Below, in pieces: positions 21,231 through 30,756 of a DNA stretch of 64,000 nucleotides. The notes beneath the pieces were generated by a model that did no database searches, was not told the origin of the DNA, and saw nothing but the letters and a program-made list of their open reading frames with translations. Every line of letters starts with the position of its first letter. The first letter of the stretch is position 1. The DNA is from Prevotella sp. (GTDB taxonomy: Bacteria; Bacteroidota; Bacteroidia; Bacteroidales; Dysgonomonadaceae), in the NCBI GenBank assembly GCA_031285625.1, contig JAITVV010000095.1:224001-288000 (forward strand). Reading direction: 5' to 3'. Made by a program: the position numbers and the translations under genes.

Positions 21231-23471
21231 TTAGTTTTGTTTTCTGTTAACCGCTTTTACTCCTTTTATTTTAGCAATTCGCGAACACAGTGTTTGCAGG
21301 TCATTTATATCATGTACATATACCATGATACGGCCTTCGAATACGCCATCATTGGATTCTATGCTCATGCTCTTAATATTCAGTGAGCCGGCAGTGATCA
21401 CCTTTGTAATATCATTGAGTATCCCCATACGGTCGATACCATTAACTGTGATAGCTGTAAAAAACGGAAACTGTGTGTAGCTGCCCCATTCCAGATTAAC
21501 GATCCTGTTACCCTGACTTGCTTTTAATTTCAGGCCTACGGGGCAATGAATGCTATGCACTTCAACTTCGTTGTTATCTGTTATATAACCGAATACTTTG
21601 TCGCCGGGTATAGGATTACAGCATGTGGGCATTCTAAAATTCTTATTGAAAGAATCTTCTTCGAGTATATATGTTTTCTTGGGATCAATGGCTTCAAAAT
21701 CAGGAGCCTTTTCTATCTTATCAGTTTTCTTTCCTACATGCAATGCCTGTCTCATGTAGCTGAAAATACCACTGTTAGGATTCTGTTTTTTGAGGGTCAG
21801 CAGCTTTTCTATCTTTTGTGGCAGTGCTATATCGTGATTTCCAATGGCATAATAAAGATCTTCTTTGTTGATTTTCTGATAATAGTCCATCATCCTGTCG
21901 ATGACGGTCGGTGTGATCTCTATACCGGTACCTTCCACGCTTTTATTCAATAATTCTTCTCCCTGTTTGGCTATTTCCCTTCGAAGCCTTCTCAGCGCAT
22001 ATTCTATTTTAGTACGGGCTTTTGCAGTGGTTACAAATCCGAGCCATTCGGGTTTCGGCTGCTGAGACTTGGAAGTAAGTATCTCCACCTGATCTCCACT
22101 GTTTAGCTTTTCGGTAAGAGGTACCAGTTTGTGGTTTACTTTTGCCCCGATACAATGATCTCCAATACCGGAGTGCAGGTCGTAAGCAAAATCGAGTGCC
22201 GTAGCGCCTTGTGCCAGCGTCCGGATTTCCCCCTTGGGCGTGAAGACGAATATCTCCTGAGAAAACAGGTTCAGTTTTATTGTATCCAGAAAGTCCATGG
22301 CATTCGGGCTTGGGCTTTCCAGTATTTCCTGAATGGTTTTCAGCCATTTATCAAGCTCTGTATCTTCTTCGATCTTACCTTCCTTGTATTTCCAATGGGC
22401 GGCAAATCCTTTTTCGGCTACGTCGTCCATACGGCGACTGCGTATTTGTATCTCTATCCATTGTCCGTCAGGCCCCATTACAGTAAGGTGTAGCGCCTGA
22501 TACCCGTTCGATTTGGGACGGCTTACCCAGTCTCTGATACGGTCGGGACGGAGCTTGTATATATCTGTTATTACGGAATAGATATCCCAACATCGTTTTT
22601 TCTCATCTATCCCTAATTCGTTTTCGAAAATGATGCGGACTGCAAAAATATCGTAGACTTCTTCAAAAGGAACTCCTTTGGCCTGCATTTTATTCCAGAT
22701 AGAGTAAACAGATTTTTCGCGGGCTCTGATCTCATATTGAAATCCCAGTTCGTTTAATTTTTCGATGACCGGTTGGGCAAAATGTTCATAGACATCTGTC
22801 CTGGTGCGGTGAGAGTCGCGTAACTTACTGGCTATTTCCTGATATTCCTGGGGATTCTCCCATTTGAAGCTGAGTTCTTCGAGTTCTGTTTTTATGGCAA
22901 ATAATCCGAGGCGGTGGGCAAGTGGGGCATAAATGTACATTGTTTCTCCGGCAATCTTATACTGCTTGGCCGGAGCCATGGAACCTAACGTGCGCATATT
23001 ATGCAGGCGGTCCGCTATCTTCACCAGTATCACCCGGATATCGTCGGACATGGTGAGCAGCAGCTTGCGAAAATTCTCTGCCTGCGCCGATACATTATCC
23101 CCAAACATACCACTTGATATTTTGGTCAGCCCGTCTACAATCTGGGCTATCTTGTCGCCAAAGAGGCCTTTTATATCTTCTACCGTATATTCTGTATCTT
23201 CTACAACATCATGGAGCAAAGCGGCACAGATGGAAGTGGAACCGAGTCCTATTTCCCCACAGACTATACGTGCAACAGCAATAGGATGCAGAATATAGGG
23301 TTCTCCCGAGCGACGGCGCGCACCTTTGTGTGCTTCCTTCGCCAAAAGAAATGCCTTGGTAATGATCTCGACCTTACGTCTGTGATTTGTTTTTAGGTAG
23401 TCATCTATCAGAGCATTAAATTCCGATTCGATGAGCAAATCATCTTGTGTATGTGTATCCTCTTTAGCCAT
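21231..23471 (-). CDS. relA: RelA/SpoT (p)ppGpp synthetase/hydrolase
   Basis: RRSGEPYILHP, LLHDVVEDT hydrolase motif, KSNGYQALH, AAHWKYKE, TGS and ACT domains. ATG at 23471 preferred as start. Confidence 0.96.
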   Translation of the reverse strand: MAKEDTHTQDDLLIESEFNALIDDYLKTNHRRKVEIITKAFLLAKEAHKGARRRSGEPYILHPIAVARIVCGEIGLGSTSICAALLHDVVEDTEYTVEDIKGLFGDKIAQIVDGLTKISSGMFGDNVSAQAENFRKLLLTMSDDIRVILVKIADRLHNMRTLGSMAPAKQYKIAGETMYIYAPLAHRLGLFAIKTELEELSFKWENPQEYQEIASKLRDSHRTRTDVYEHFAQPVIEKLNELGFQYEIRAREKSVYSIWNKMQAKGVPFEEVYDIFAVRIIFENELGIDEKKRCWDIYSVITDIYKLRPDRIRDWVSRPKSNGYQALHLTVMGPDGQWIEIQIRSRRMDDVAEKGFAAHWKYKEGKIEEDTELDKWLKTIQEILESPSPNAMDFLDTIKLNLFSQEIFVFTPKGEIRTLAQGATALDFAYDLHSGIGDHCIGAKVNHKLVPLTEKLNSGDQVEILTSKSQQPKPEWLGFVTTAKARTKIEYALRRLRREIAKQGEELLNKSVEGTGIEITPTVIDRMMDYYQKINKEDLYYAIGNHDIALPQKIEKLLTLKKQNPNSGIFSYMRQALHVGKKTDKIEKAPDFEAIDPKKTYILEEDSFNKNFRMPTCCNPIPGDKVFGYITDNNEVEVHSIHCPVGLKLKASQGNRIVNLEWGSYTQFPFFTAITVNGIDRMGILNDITKVITAGSLNIKSMSIESNDGVFEGRIMVYVHDINDLQTLCSRIAKIKGVKAVNRKQN

Positions 23472-23592
23472 AAATATATAGTAAGATACAAAAATAGTAA
23501 AATCAATCATTAATGAAAGCAAGTACCTTACAATAAATCGATCTTACTATGTTATTTGATATTAAGTTGTGATAAACATTTGTTGACGTATT

Positions 23593-23676
23593 TTTGTCAT
23601 GCTGACGACAGGAAGCATCCCGACCCATTTATCAAGGACAAAAGGCAAGAGATCCTTCGTTCCTCAGGATGACAAA
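23593..23676. repeat. REP-like palindromic element, copy 3
   Basis: TTTGTCATGCTGA...GACCCATTTATCAAGGA...TCAGGATGACAAA. Confidence 0.78.
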
Positions 23677-23728
23677 GAGTATAAAAGAAAAGGAACGTTT
23701 CTATTCGTTCCTTTAAATCCTGATTGTA

Positions 23729-25672
23729 TTATTTATCTGCAGTAAGAGCTTCACCTCTGCTCTGGCTTTGAGTGCTGCTATTCATACTACTGTTCCCATC
23801 ATCGGGAAGGAGTATAAGCAGTCGTTGCCCTACTTTAGCCATATTAGACGAAAGTTTGTTCCATGACATGATCTCTTTTTTTGTTACCTTGTAACGGGCA
23901 GCGATCTGTGTAATGGTTTCGCCAATCTTTACTTTATGGTAGATAATCTTAGAATCGTTGGTAATGCGTTCGCGGCTTTCGTCGTCAGAAGTAGATGATA
24001 TTTGCACACGGGGAAGGGTTGACTGGTCGCGTTCTGTCTCTATTTTCTTCAGATAAGTATCGAATAACCCGGCTGTGAAAGTTGGGTCTATTTCTACAGT
24101 TGGCAAAACAGGTTCGCTTAGCTTAACAACTTCTTCTTCCTCAACAGGAACATATTCTGTTTTCAGTATCTTCAGGCTTTTTCCTGCTATCAGGGTATTC
24201 TTCTTCATATTGTTCCATTGCTTGATCTGAGCAACGGTAACCCCGTTCTTTTTGGCTATACCCGGCCATGTATCACCCCTGCGTATTTTATAGTAAGTGG
24301 TAACTGTTTTTGCTTCTGTTTTTGTAGTAGTACCCGATGCCGGACTTGAATTACCGGTATAAGATGCCAGCTGTGCATTGGCTGATTGTTCTTCCGTATT
24401 TTGTTGGGTCTCACGGTATATCTTCAGGCGACGACCAACAGTCAGTCGGTTAGATGACAGTCCGTTCCAGCTTTTTATCTGATTGGATGTAACACCATAT
24501 CTGTTTGCTAACTTAGCCAGCGTATCTCCTTTTCTCACCCTGTGAGTAACCGATTTCCCATTGGAACTGCCTCCGCCTACAACATCCAGTCCTGCTACCT
24601 TGCGATGCGGCATCAGCTCTTCATACTTGTGTGTATAGATTGCTTCGCTATTATCGATAAATGCTGAAAGTTTCTGAATCGGCAGGTTTAGCGCATATCC
24701 TTTATATTCACCGGGGATTATATCGCTCTTAAATTGCGGATTATATTGGCGCAGATCTTCTACCGAGACATTGATAATATCGGCTATCTGCTGAAAGTGC
24801 ACATTCTTATTGATTACCAAGGAATCCATCGATGCCGGATTTGAACATTCTACAGGACATATATTATGATCATTATAGTAGTTCATAATATATGTTGCAG
24901 CAATAAATGCAGGAACATATCCTCTCGTTTCGCGGGGCAGGTATGGATAAATAGCCCAATAGTCGGTTTGCCCGCCACTGCGGCGTATTGCTTTATTTAC
25001 ATTACCCGGTCCGCAGTTGTATGCAGCAATTACCAGATTCCAATCGCCATATATACCATACAGGTCTTTCAGGTATTTGGCTGCTGCATCTGTTGATTTA
25101 GCAGGGTCGCGGCGTTCATCCACAAGGCTGTTGATCTCCAGATCATACATTTTTCCGGTGCTTGCCATAAACTGCCAGAGTCCTGTTGCACCTACCCTTG
25201 AACGGGCTATAGGATTCAGTGCGGATTCTATAACGGGCAGATATTTAAGCTCTAAAGGAATTCCTTCACGGTCAAGCGCTTCTTCGAACAGCGGAAAATA
25301 GTATTTCCCTTCTCCCAGCATATAGCTTACCTGATTGCGCCGGCGTCCGGCATACATTTCTATATAATTACGTACAACCGGATTGAAAACCAGTTCCATT
25401 TTTGTAGGTAATGTATATAAGCGGCGTATATACACCGAGTCTTCGAATGTTACTGCCATATCGTTGGTAGAACGGCAATCGTCACCATATTTCACATCTT
25501 TGCTCCATGTGGATAAGAGCTGGTCGTAGTTTTGTTCCATATCAGCAGGATACACAATCGAATTATCTGTGATTGTATCCCGTACCGATACTTCTCTCTG
25601 ATTATTGGTTTGCCCTGCAATTAGGAGCGAGCAACCAACAAAAAGTCCTGTAAATATTATTTTTTTCAGCAT
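23729..25672 (-). CDS. mltD: MltD-like lytic transglycosylase with LysM domains
   Basis: IESALNP, GATGLWQFM, AAYNCGPG, LPRETRGYVP and three LysM repeats. Confidence 0.92.
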   Translation of the reverse strand: MLKKIIFTGLFVGCSLLIAGQTNNQREVSVRDTITDNSIVYPADMEQNYDQLLSTWSKDVKYGDDCRSTNDMAVTFEDSVYIRRLYTLPTKMELVFNPVVRNYIEMYAGRRRNQVSYMLGEGKYYFPLFEEALDREGIPLELKYLPVIESALNPIARSRVGATGLWQFMASTGKMYDLEINSLVDERRDPAKSTDAAAKYLKDLYGIYGDWNLVIAAYNCGPGNVNKAIRRSGGQTDYWAIYPYLPRETRGYVPAFIAATYIMNYYNDHNICPVECSNPASMDSLVINKNVHFQQIADIINVSVEDLRQYNPQFKSDIIPGEYKGYALNLPIQKLSAFIDNSEAIYTHKYEELMPHRKVAGLDVVGGGSSNGKSVTHRVRKGDTLAKLANRYGVTSNQIKSWNGLSSNRLTVGRRLKIYRETQQNTEEQSANAQLASYTGNSSPASGTTTKTEAKTVTTYYKIRRGDTWPGIAKKNGVTVAQIKQWNNMKKNTLIAGKSLKILKTEYVPVEEEEVVKLSEPVLPTVEIDPTFTAGLFDTYLKKIETERDQSTLPRVQISSTSDDESRERITNDSKIIYHKVKIGETITQIAARYKVTKKEIMSWNKLSSNMAKVGQRLLILLPDDGNSSMNSSTQSQSRGEALTADK

Positions 25673-25723
25673 ACGTGTCCCCCTTACGGTATTTTACAGA
25701 CTACAAGCGATGAAAGTCTGTAT

Positions 25724-26413
25724 TCAAAAATTTATACTACATTGAAGCCCAAAAGCGGCTTTAGAATAAGAAGTCGGCATCCAGACCATAGGTTGAATTC
25801 TCATAGAGAGGTCCTGCGACATATCAAAATCATATAACTGCGCATCGACATACGCGTCGATCATACATAGGGCATATACTCCCACGCTGGCAATAATTGC
25901 TAAATCGCGATTCCGGCGAAAAAAGTCTTTTTTCTTTTTGAAAGCATCTATCCAGCGTTGCCTGTTAGCACTTACTTCAGCTTCAGTTACCCAGTTGGTA
26001 TAACTATTTCCTGTCCCCAGTACAAGGTCTTTGTATGCCTGGGAATATTCGTTATAGCGTGCTCCATTCCAGGTTATGGCATAAGTCAGCCCCAGCGCAC
26101 CACCAAAAACGATTGGCAGTTTCCAGTATTTACGGTTGTATAACTGACCTAAACCCGGAAATATGGCTGAGTATATTACTGCTTTTTTCGAATCAGGTTT
26201 GAATTCAGACTTTCTAAGCAGAATCGTTGAATCGACAAGAACGATTGGTTCTTCCTGAATCGATGGGTAGATTGTATCACTCTTGATATCCATCTCCACA
26301 GCAGCGTGTCTATCAAGGATTGTAGAATCATTTGGAAGCGGCTCCTGAGCGTTCATACCCAGAAATATATTCCCGAAAACGCAACTCAAACAAATAATCA
26401 ATCCCTTTCTCAT
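25724..26413 (-). CDS. DUF5683 family protein
   Basis: SAIFPGLGQLYNRKYWKLP and IDAYVDAQL; the usual neighbour of parB and mltD. Confidence 0.8.
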   Translation of the reverse strand: MRKGLIICLSCVFGNIFLGMNAQEPLPNDSTILDRHAAVEMDIKSDTIYPSIQEEPIVLVDSTILLRKSEFKPDSKKAVIYSAIFPGLGQLYNRKYWKLPIVFGGALGLTYAITWNGARYNEYSQAYKDLVLGTGNSYTNWVTEAEVSANRQRWIDAFKKKKDFFRRNRDLAIIASVGVYALCMIDAYVDAQLYDFDMSQDLSMRIQPMVWMPTSYSKAAFGLQCSINF

Positions 26414-26525
26414 ATAATGAGGTCGCAGACCTATTTATTACTTTTAGTATAGCAACAACAGTTTATCAAAAATAAATATTGTTGCATTAAATCCATTCTG
26501 TTAGTTATACGGAGAATATTCCGTT

Positions 26526-27434
26526 TTATTTTTTCAATTGGTCAAAAATAGCAATAATTCTCTCCAATTCTTCTTCCGACTTGAAAGGAATACTTATTTT
26601 TCCTTTTCCTTGTTCGTTGCAGGTCAATTGTACTTTTGTAGAAAAGAACTTAGACAAATGGGTTTTTAACAGTTCAAATTCTTCCGGAGTGGCTTTCTTT
26701 ACACCGGATTTTTTCACTGTTTCCACTGCTTTTTCTTCTCTCAGCAGGTCTTCCAGCTTCTCACCTTTGGTGATGGCTCTTACATATTCTTCTACTTTAC
26801 GAACCGATAGTCCTTCTTCGAGGATAAGTTCATATACTTCAAGTTGGGCAGTAGGATCGTCCAGAGTTACAATTGTACGTGCATGCGCCATGTCTATCTT
26901 CTTATCCCTGATACCCATCTGTATTTCGGCAGGCAATTTGAGCAGGCGCAGATAATTGGCTATTGTTGTTCTTTTTTTACCGATACGCTCACTAAGACGC
27001 TCTTGGGTAAGGTTGTATGTCTCAATGAGGTTCTGATATGCTAAGGCTATTTCTATAGAGTTGAGGTCTTCGCGTTGAATATTTTCAACCAAGGCCATTT
27101 CCATAACATTCTCGTCCTCTGCTGTTTTAATATAGGCAGGGATTGCTTTCAGATTAGCTAATTGCGAAGCCCTGTAGCGACGTTCACCGGCTATGATCTG
27201 ATATGAATCTTCATTAATCTTACGTAATGTTATTGGCTGGATAACACCAATCTGACGAATAGATGCTGCAAGCTCCTGCAAGGCTTCTTCGTCAAAGAGA
27301 CGTCTCGGCTGATCAGGGTTTGCCTGTATCTTGGACAGTTCTATTTCGTTGATCGAAGACGATCCTTCAGTTTTTACTTCATCAATGGTAATTAAGGCGT
27401 CAAGCCCTCTTCCTAAAACCATTTTTTTAGCCAT
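26526..27434 (-). CDS. parB: ParB/Spo0J partition protein
   Basis: LGRGLDALI, NPDQPRR, IIAGERRYRA, ENIQREDL. Confidence 0.97.
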   Translation of the reverse strand: MAKKMVLGRGLDALITIDEVKTEGSSSINEIELSKIQANPDQPRRLFDEEALQELAASIRQIGVIQPITLRKINEDSYQIIAGERRYRASQLANLKAIPAYIKTAEDENVMEMALVENIQREDLNSIEIALAYQNLIETYNLTQERLSERIGKKRTTIANYLRLLKLPAEIQMGIRDKKIDMAHARTIVTLDDPTAQLEVYELILEEGLSVRKVEEYVRAITKGEKLEDLLREEKAVETVKKSGVKKATPEEFELLKTHLSKFFSTKVQLTCNEQGKGKISIPFKSEEELERIIAIFDQLKK

Positions 27435-27469
27435 ATTCGTTTATTATTGTTTATACAGAGACTGCAAAG

Positions 27470-28234
27470 TTAAGAATTTTTCTCAATAAGTTCTTGTGCC
27501 AGTTGCATATGATTGATAGCACCCCTCGATGCAGCATCATAAACAAGTACCGGCTGGGCAAAACTTTGCGACTCACTCAGTTTGATATTACGCTGAATAA
27601 CGGTTGTGAAAACCAATTCCTGAAAATGGCTTTTTACTTCTTCATATATCTGGTTTGCCAGACGCAAGCGTGCATCGTACATGGTGAGCAGGAATCCTTC
27701 AATTTCGAGAGCAGGATTCAGTTTACTCTTTATTATCTTTATCGTATTCAATAATTTGCTGATACCTTCCAATGCAAAGTATTCGCATTGTACAGGTATT
27801 ATTATAGAGTCGGCGGCAGTCAATGCATTTACTGTTATCAGCCCTAACGAGGGGGAGCAGTCGATAAGGATATAATCATATTCTTCTTTCAACGGTGTCA
27901 AAACTCCTCTGAGTTGCTTTTCCCTGTTTTCGATATTCAACATTTCCAGCTCTGCACCTACCAGGTTGATATGGGATGGTATAACGTCAAGTCTTTCTAT
28001 TTCAGTCTTTACAATGGCCTCTTTAGGCAAAGCTGATCCTATAAGACATTCATATATTGTTTTATTTACCTTCTTAATATCAACACCCAGCCCCGAAGAT
28101 GCATTTGCCTGAGGGTCGGCATCTACGACCAATACGGTTTTTTCGAGAGCAGCAAGCGATGCCGCTAAATTTATTGTAGTTGTTGTTTTTCCTACGCCGC
28201 CTTTTTGATTGGCCAATGCTATTATTTTACCCAT
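27470..28234 (-). CDS. parA: ParA/Soj ATPase
   Basis: NQKGGVGKTTT, DADPQANAS, IPVQCEYFALEG. Confidence 0.97.
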   Translation of the reverse strand: MGKIIALANQKGGVGKTTTTINLAASLAALEKTVLVVDADPQANASSGLGVDIKKVNKTIYECLIGSALPKEAIVKTEIERLDVIPSHINLVGAELEMLNIENREKQLRGVLTPLKEEYDYILIDCSPSLGLITVNALTAADSIIIPVQCEYFALEGISKLLNTIKIIKSKLNPALEIEGFLLTMYDARLRLANQIYEEVKSHFQELVFTTVIQRNIKLSESQSFAQPVLVYDAASRGAINHMQLAQELIEKNS

Positions 28235-28420
28235 AGAAAGTTCAGTGATAATTTTTCCGACGACAAATTAAGTAAATAAAAACAGGAATCTCGTGTTAAA
28301 TTTGTGTAACAAGATATATAATGTTGAAAAGTCGGCGAGATTGTTAATAAATTTTTTATCAATCTGTAGTTGAAAACATTCCTTTGGATGCAACATAAAT
28401 GTTTTAACGACCGATTTGCA

Positions 28421-29050
28421 TTACTTATAATAATACCACCAGTTTCCTTGAAAATCTTTGTCAAAAATCTCTTTGCTATCAAGATAGAAAATAAAATTCT
28501 CACGGGTGAAGTAATTAAACTCATCATACTTTTTCACCAGAGTAAACAGTTCTTCCTTTAGCAATTCTTTCGTTCCATCGGCTAAGGCTCTTTTTCTTTG
28601 TTCTTCTGTATATACAAAGGCTGAAATGTAAAGATATTTTGCAACTTTCCAAATATTCTTATCCTGGTATCTTTCTACAAATAAGTCGATCTCATCAGCA
28701 GGAATACTGTCCAGCACGTCATGCTTTGCCTCTGGTTCAAAAGCGCTGAACACGACCCGGATATCTTTTTCGGAATATTCTCCCGATCGGACTTCATCCA
28801 GAAAGAAAGAAGCAATGGCCTGTTGCTTCCGGCTATCGAAAGACCCGCCTTTGAGTTCAAACATTTTGGCCTCTTTCTCGAACTCAAAAATAATTTTGAG
28901 GGTTGTATCCTGATAAACGATGTTCAGCGGTTTCACATTATACGTTTGGTGGATCCGTTTGGCAAGGGGGATAAACTCTTGCTTTATGCTTGATCTTCCT
29001 TGTCTGATTTTCTTTGTAAGTTGGTGTATTTTATCATCAAAAAAAGCCAT
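28421..29050 (-). CDS. Hypothetical protein (immunity-array-like)
   Basis: ~209-aa ORF coupled to the upstream gene; aromatic DSKE.FD..FQGNWWYYYK end. Confidence 0.6.
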   Translation of the reverse strand: MAFFDDKIHQLTKKIRQGRSSIKQEFIPLAKRIHQTYNVKPLNIVYQDTTLKIIFEFEKEAKMFELKGGSFDSRKQQAIASFFLDEVRSGEYSEKDIRVVFSAFEPEAKHDVLDSIPADEIDLFVERYQDKNIWKVAKYLYISAFVYTEEQRKRALADGTKELLKEELFTLVKKYDEFNYFTRENFIFYLDSKEIFDKDFQGNWWYYYK

Positions 29051-29052
29051 AC

Positions 29053-29379
29053 TCAATCCTTTTTTGTCATTTCGTCGAGTACGTGTTGCCAGTTATATTC
29101 CTTCAGGTGTTCACCAAAAGCTTCTTTCGCAATATCAAGTATACATTTATCCAGTTTTATATCTGTCTCATACAGATTGCTTACAGTATTTTCGAGGGCA
29201 ATCAGCCATTCGTTATAGTCCAGATAATACCGGGCATCCTTTACCAGAAGGTTAAGATAATCTTTCATCGATACAACCTTGTTTACAAGCTGATAAGACA
29301 GAACTTTATCCTGTGCTTCTTCACTTTGTGCTACCTGTTCGAGCCGGTCAATAAATTGTGTGGTAAGCTTTGTATTCAT
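29053..29379 (-). CDS. MafI-like immunity protein
   Basis: YYLDYNEWLIALENTVSNLYETDIKL resembles the MafI immunity signature (by eye). Confidence 0.55.
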   Translation of the reverse strand: MNTKLTTQFIDRLEQVAQSEEAQDKVLSYQLVNKVVSMKDYLNLLVKDARYYLDYNEWLIALENTVSNLYETDIKLDKCILDIAKEAFGEHLKEYNWQHVLDEMTKKD

Positions 29380-30338
29380 ATCTCAATATCTTTAGGGTAC
29401 TTACTCAAAACTGTATGTAGTCTCTCTTCTGCGTCTCTGTTCATCTTACCGATTTTGATCTCCACATTCTTTAATGTTTTCAGAGTTAACAAAGGAGAAA
29501 AGTCGATTTTGTTTTTGTGCAGGTGCTCTCCACAATGCGAATAAGTCTCTAGGGCTGTGAGGTTTTCAATTCCGATGACAGACTCCAGACTGTTTAATGA
29601 CCACAGGTAGAGACTTTTCAGATGGGATTTATTTTTTATAAAGGTAAAATCTGTTATCCCCTTGGTATAAGATATCGACAAGGCATTCAACTGCGGAAGA
29701 AGAAAAATAGGCGACAGTATATCCTGATTTTCTATTTTTATATTATTTATCAGTATTTTTTTAAGGGAGGTTATAGTTTCTATACCCTGCAGGCTGCTTA
29801 TCTTATGGTCATATAATTTTAGAAATTCCAGGTTTTCCAATACTGCAAGTGAAGCTAGGTCTTCAAAGCCGGAATATGGGCAAAATACTTTTAGTTTATC
29901 AAAGTTTAGCTGTAACGATTTTTTCGTGAATTTTCCTGTCAGGTATAGCTGTTCAAGATTGGTCAGCCCATTGAGATATGTCAGGTCGGCTGTTTTCTTT
30001 GTATTTTGCAGATCGAGATTTAAAACCTTTAACGACGATAACCGGCTTATAGGGCTAATATCAAATGAGCCCCTGATCTCATCTATTTCCAATTCTTCCA
30101 GATCAGGAAAATAAGATAGGAAATCGAGATCCTGCAGAGTTGAATAATTAATATGTAATTTCTTAATATTCTTCAGCCCTTTCAGAAAGGTAAAATCATT
30201 ATTATCTTCTTCGAACCAATAAAGACGGAATGGCTTTTCAGGATTTTCCTCAAAGTATTTATTTAATTCCTTCACCTCCTCTTTTGTCAGAGGGGTTCCG
30301 CCTAACTGAACTTTATCTGTAAAGTAATGTATTGCCAT
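29376..30338 (-). CDS. Leucine-rich repeat protein
   Basis: Repeated LxxLxxLxxLxL units; no signal peptide. Confidence 0.85.
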   Translation of the reverse strand: MAIHYFTDKVQLGGTPLTKEEVKELNKYFEENPEKPFRLYWFEEDNNDFTFLKGLKNIKKLHINYSTLQDLDFLSYFPDLEELEIDEIRGSFDISPISRLSSLKVLNLDLQNTKKTADLTYLNGLTNLEQLYLTGKFTKKSLQLNFDKLKVFCPYSGFEDLASLAVLENLEFLKLYDHKISSLQGIETITSLKKILINNIKIENQDILSPIFLLPQLNALSISYTKGITDFTFIKNKSHLKSLYLWSLNSLESVIGIENLTALETYSHCGEHLHKNKIDFSPLLTLKTLKNVEIKIGKMNRDAEERLHTVLSKYPKDIEI

Positions 30339-30364
30339 AAAATTTGCACGTTAAGACTTATAGG

Positions 30365-30736
30365 TTAAATATTTCGTCCCCACAGTATAAATCGCTGATT
30401 GTCTGCGCAAGCCATTGATTTTATAACATTCTCGAAATTGAATCCGTTATACTTTGATACAATATCATATACTTCATCAAAACCGTTTGCCCCCTGAGGT
30501 ATCAGGCAACCTCCTTTTTCCCCTACCAGGGCAAGAAAGACATCAGGCAATAGCGGGCCATCATCGGTATTGATAAGCCAGATCTCATTAATCTCTTCCC
30601 AACAAATCGATTCTGTGGCACGCCTGGGATGTTCTACTTTCACATATTCGTCTGTGATGGTGACCAGATATGCATCTTCCGGATTTTTAGGACTTTTATT
30701 TTCTTTCGAAAAGATCTTTTTCAACCAGCTAAACAT
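30365..30736 (-). CDS. Hypothetical protein
   Basis: 123-aa ORF; ESICWEEI...TDDGP..PDVF motif. Confidence 0.65.
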   Translation of the reverse strand: MFSWLKKIFSKENKSPKNPEDAYLVTITDEYVKVEHPRRATESICWEEINEIWLINTDDGPLLPDVFLALVGEKGGCLIPQGANGFDEVYDIVSKYNGFNFENVIKSMACADNQRFILWGRNI

Positions 30737-30756
30737 AATAAATCCAGTTTATCGTT

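Noticed and set aside
28235-28420. Possible oriC upstream of parA
   Set aside because: No cluster of DnaA boxes and no dnaA gene are visible.
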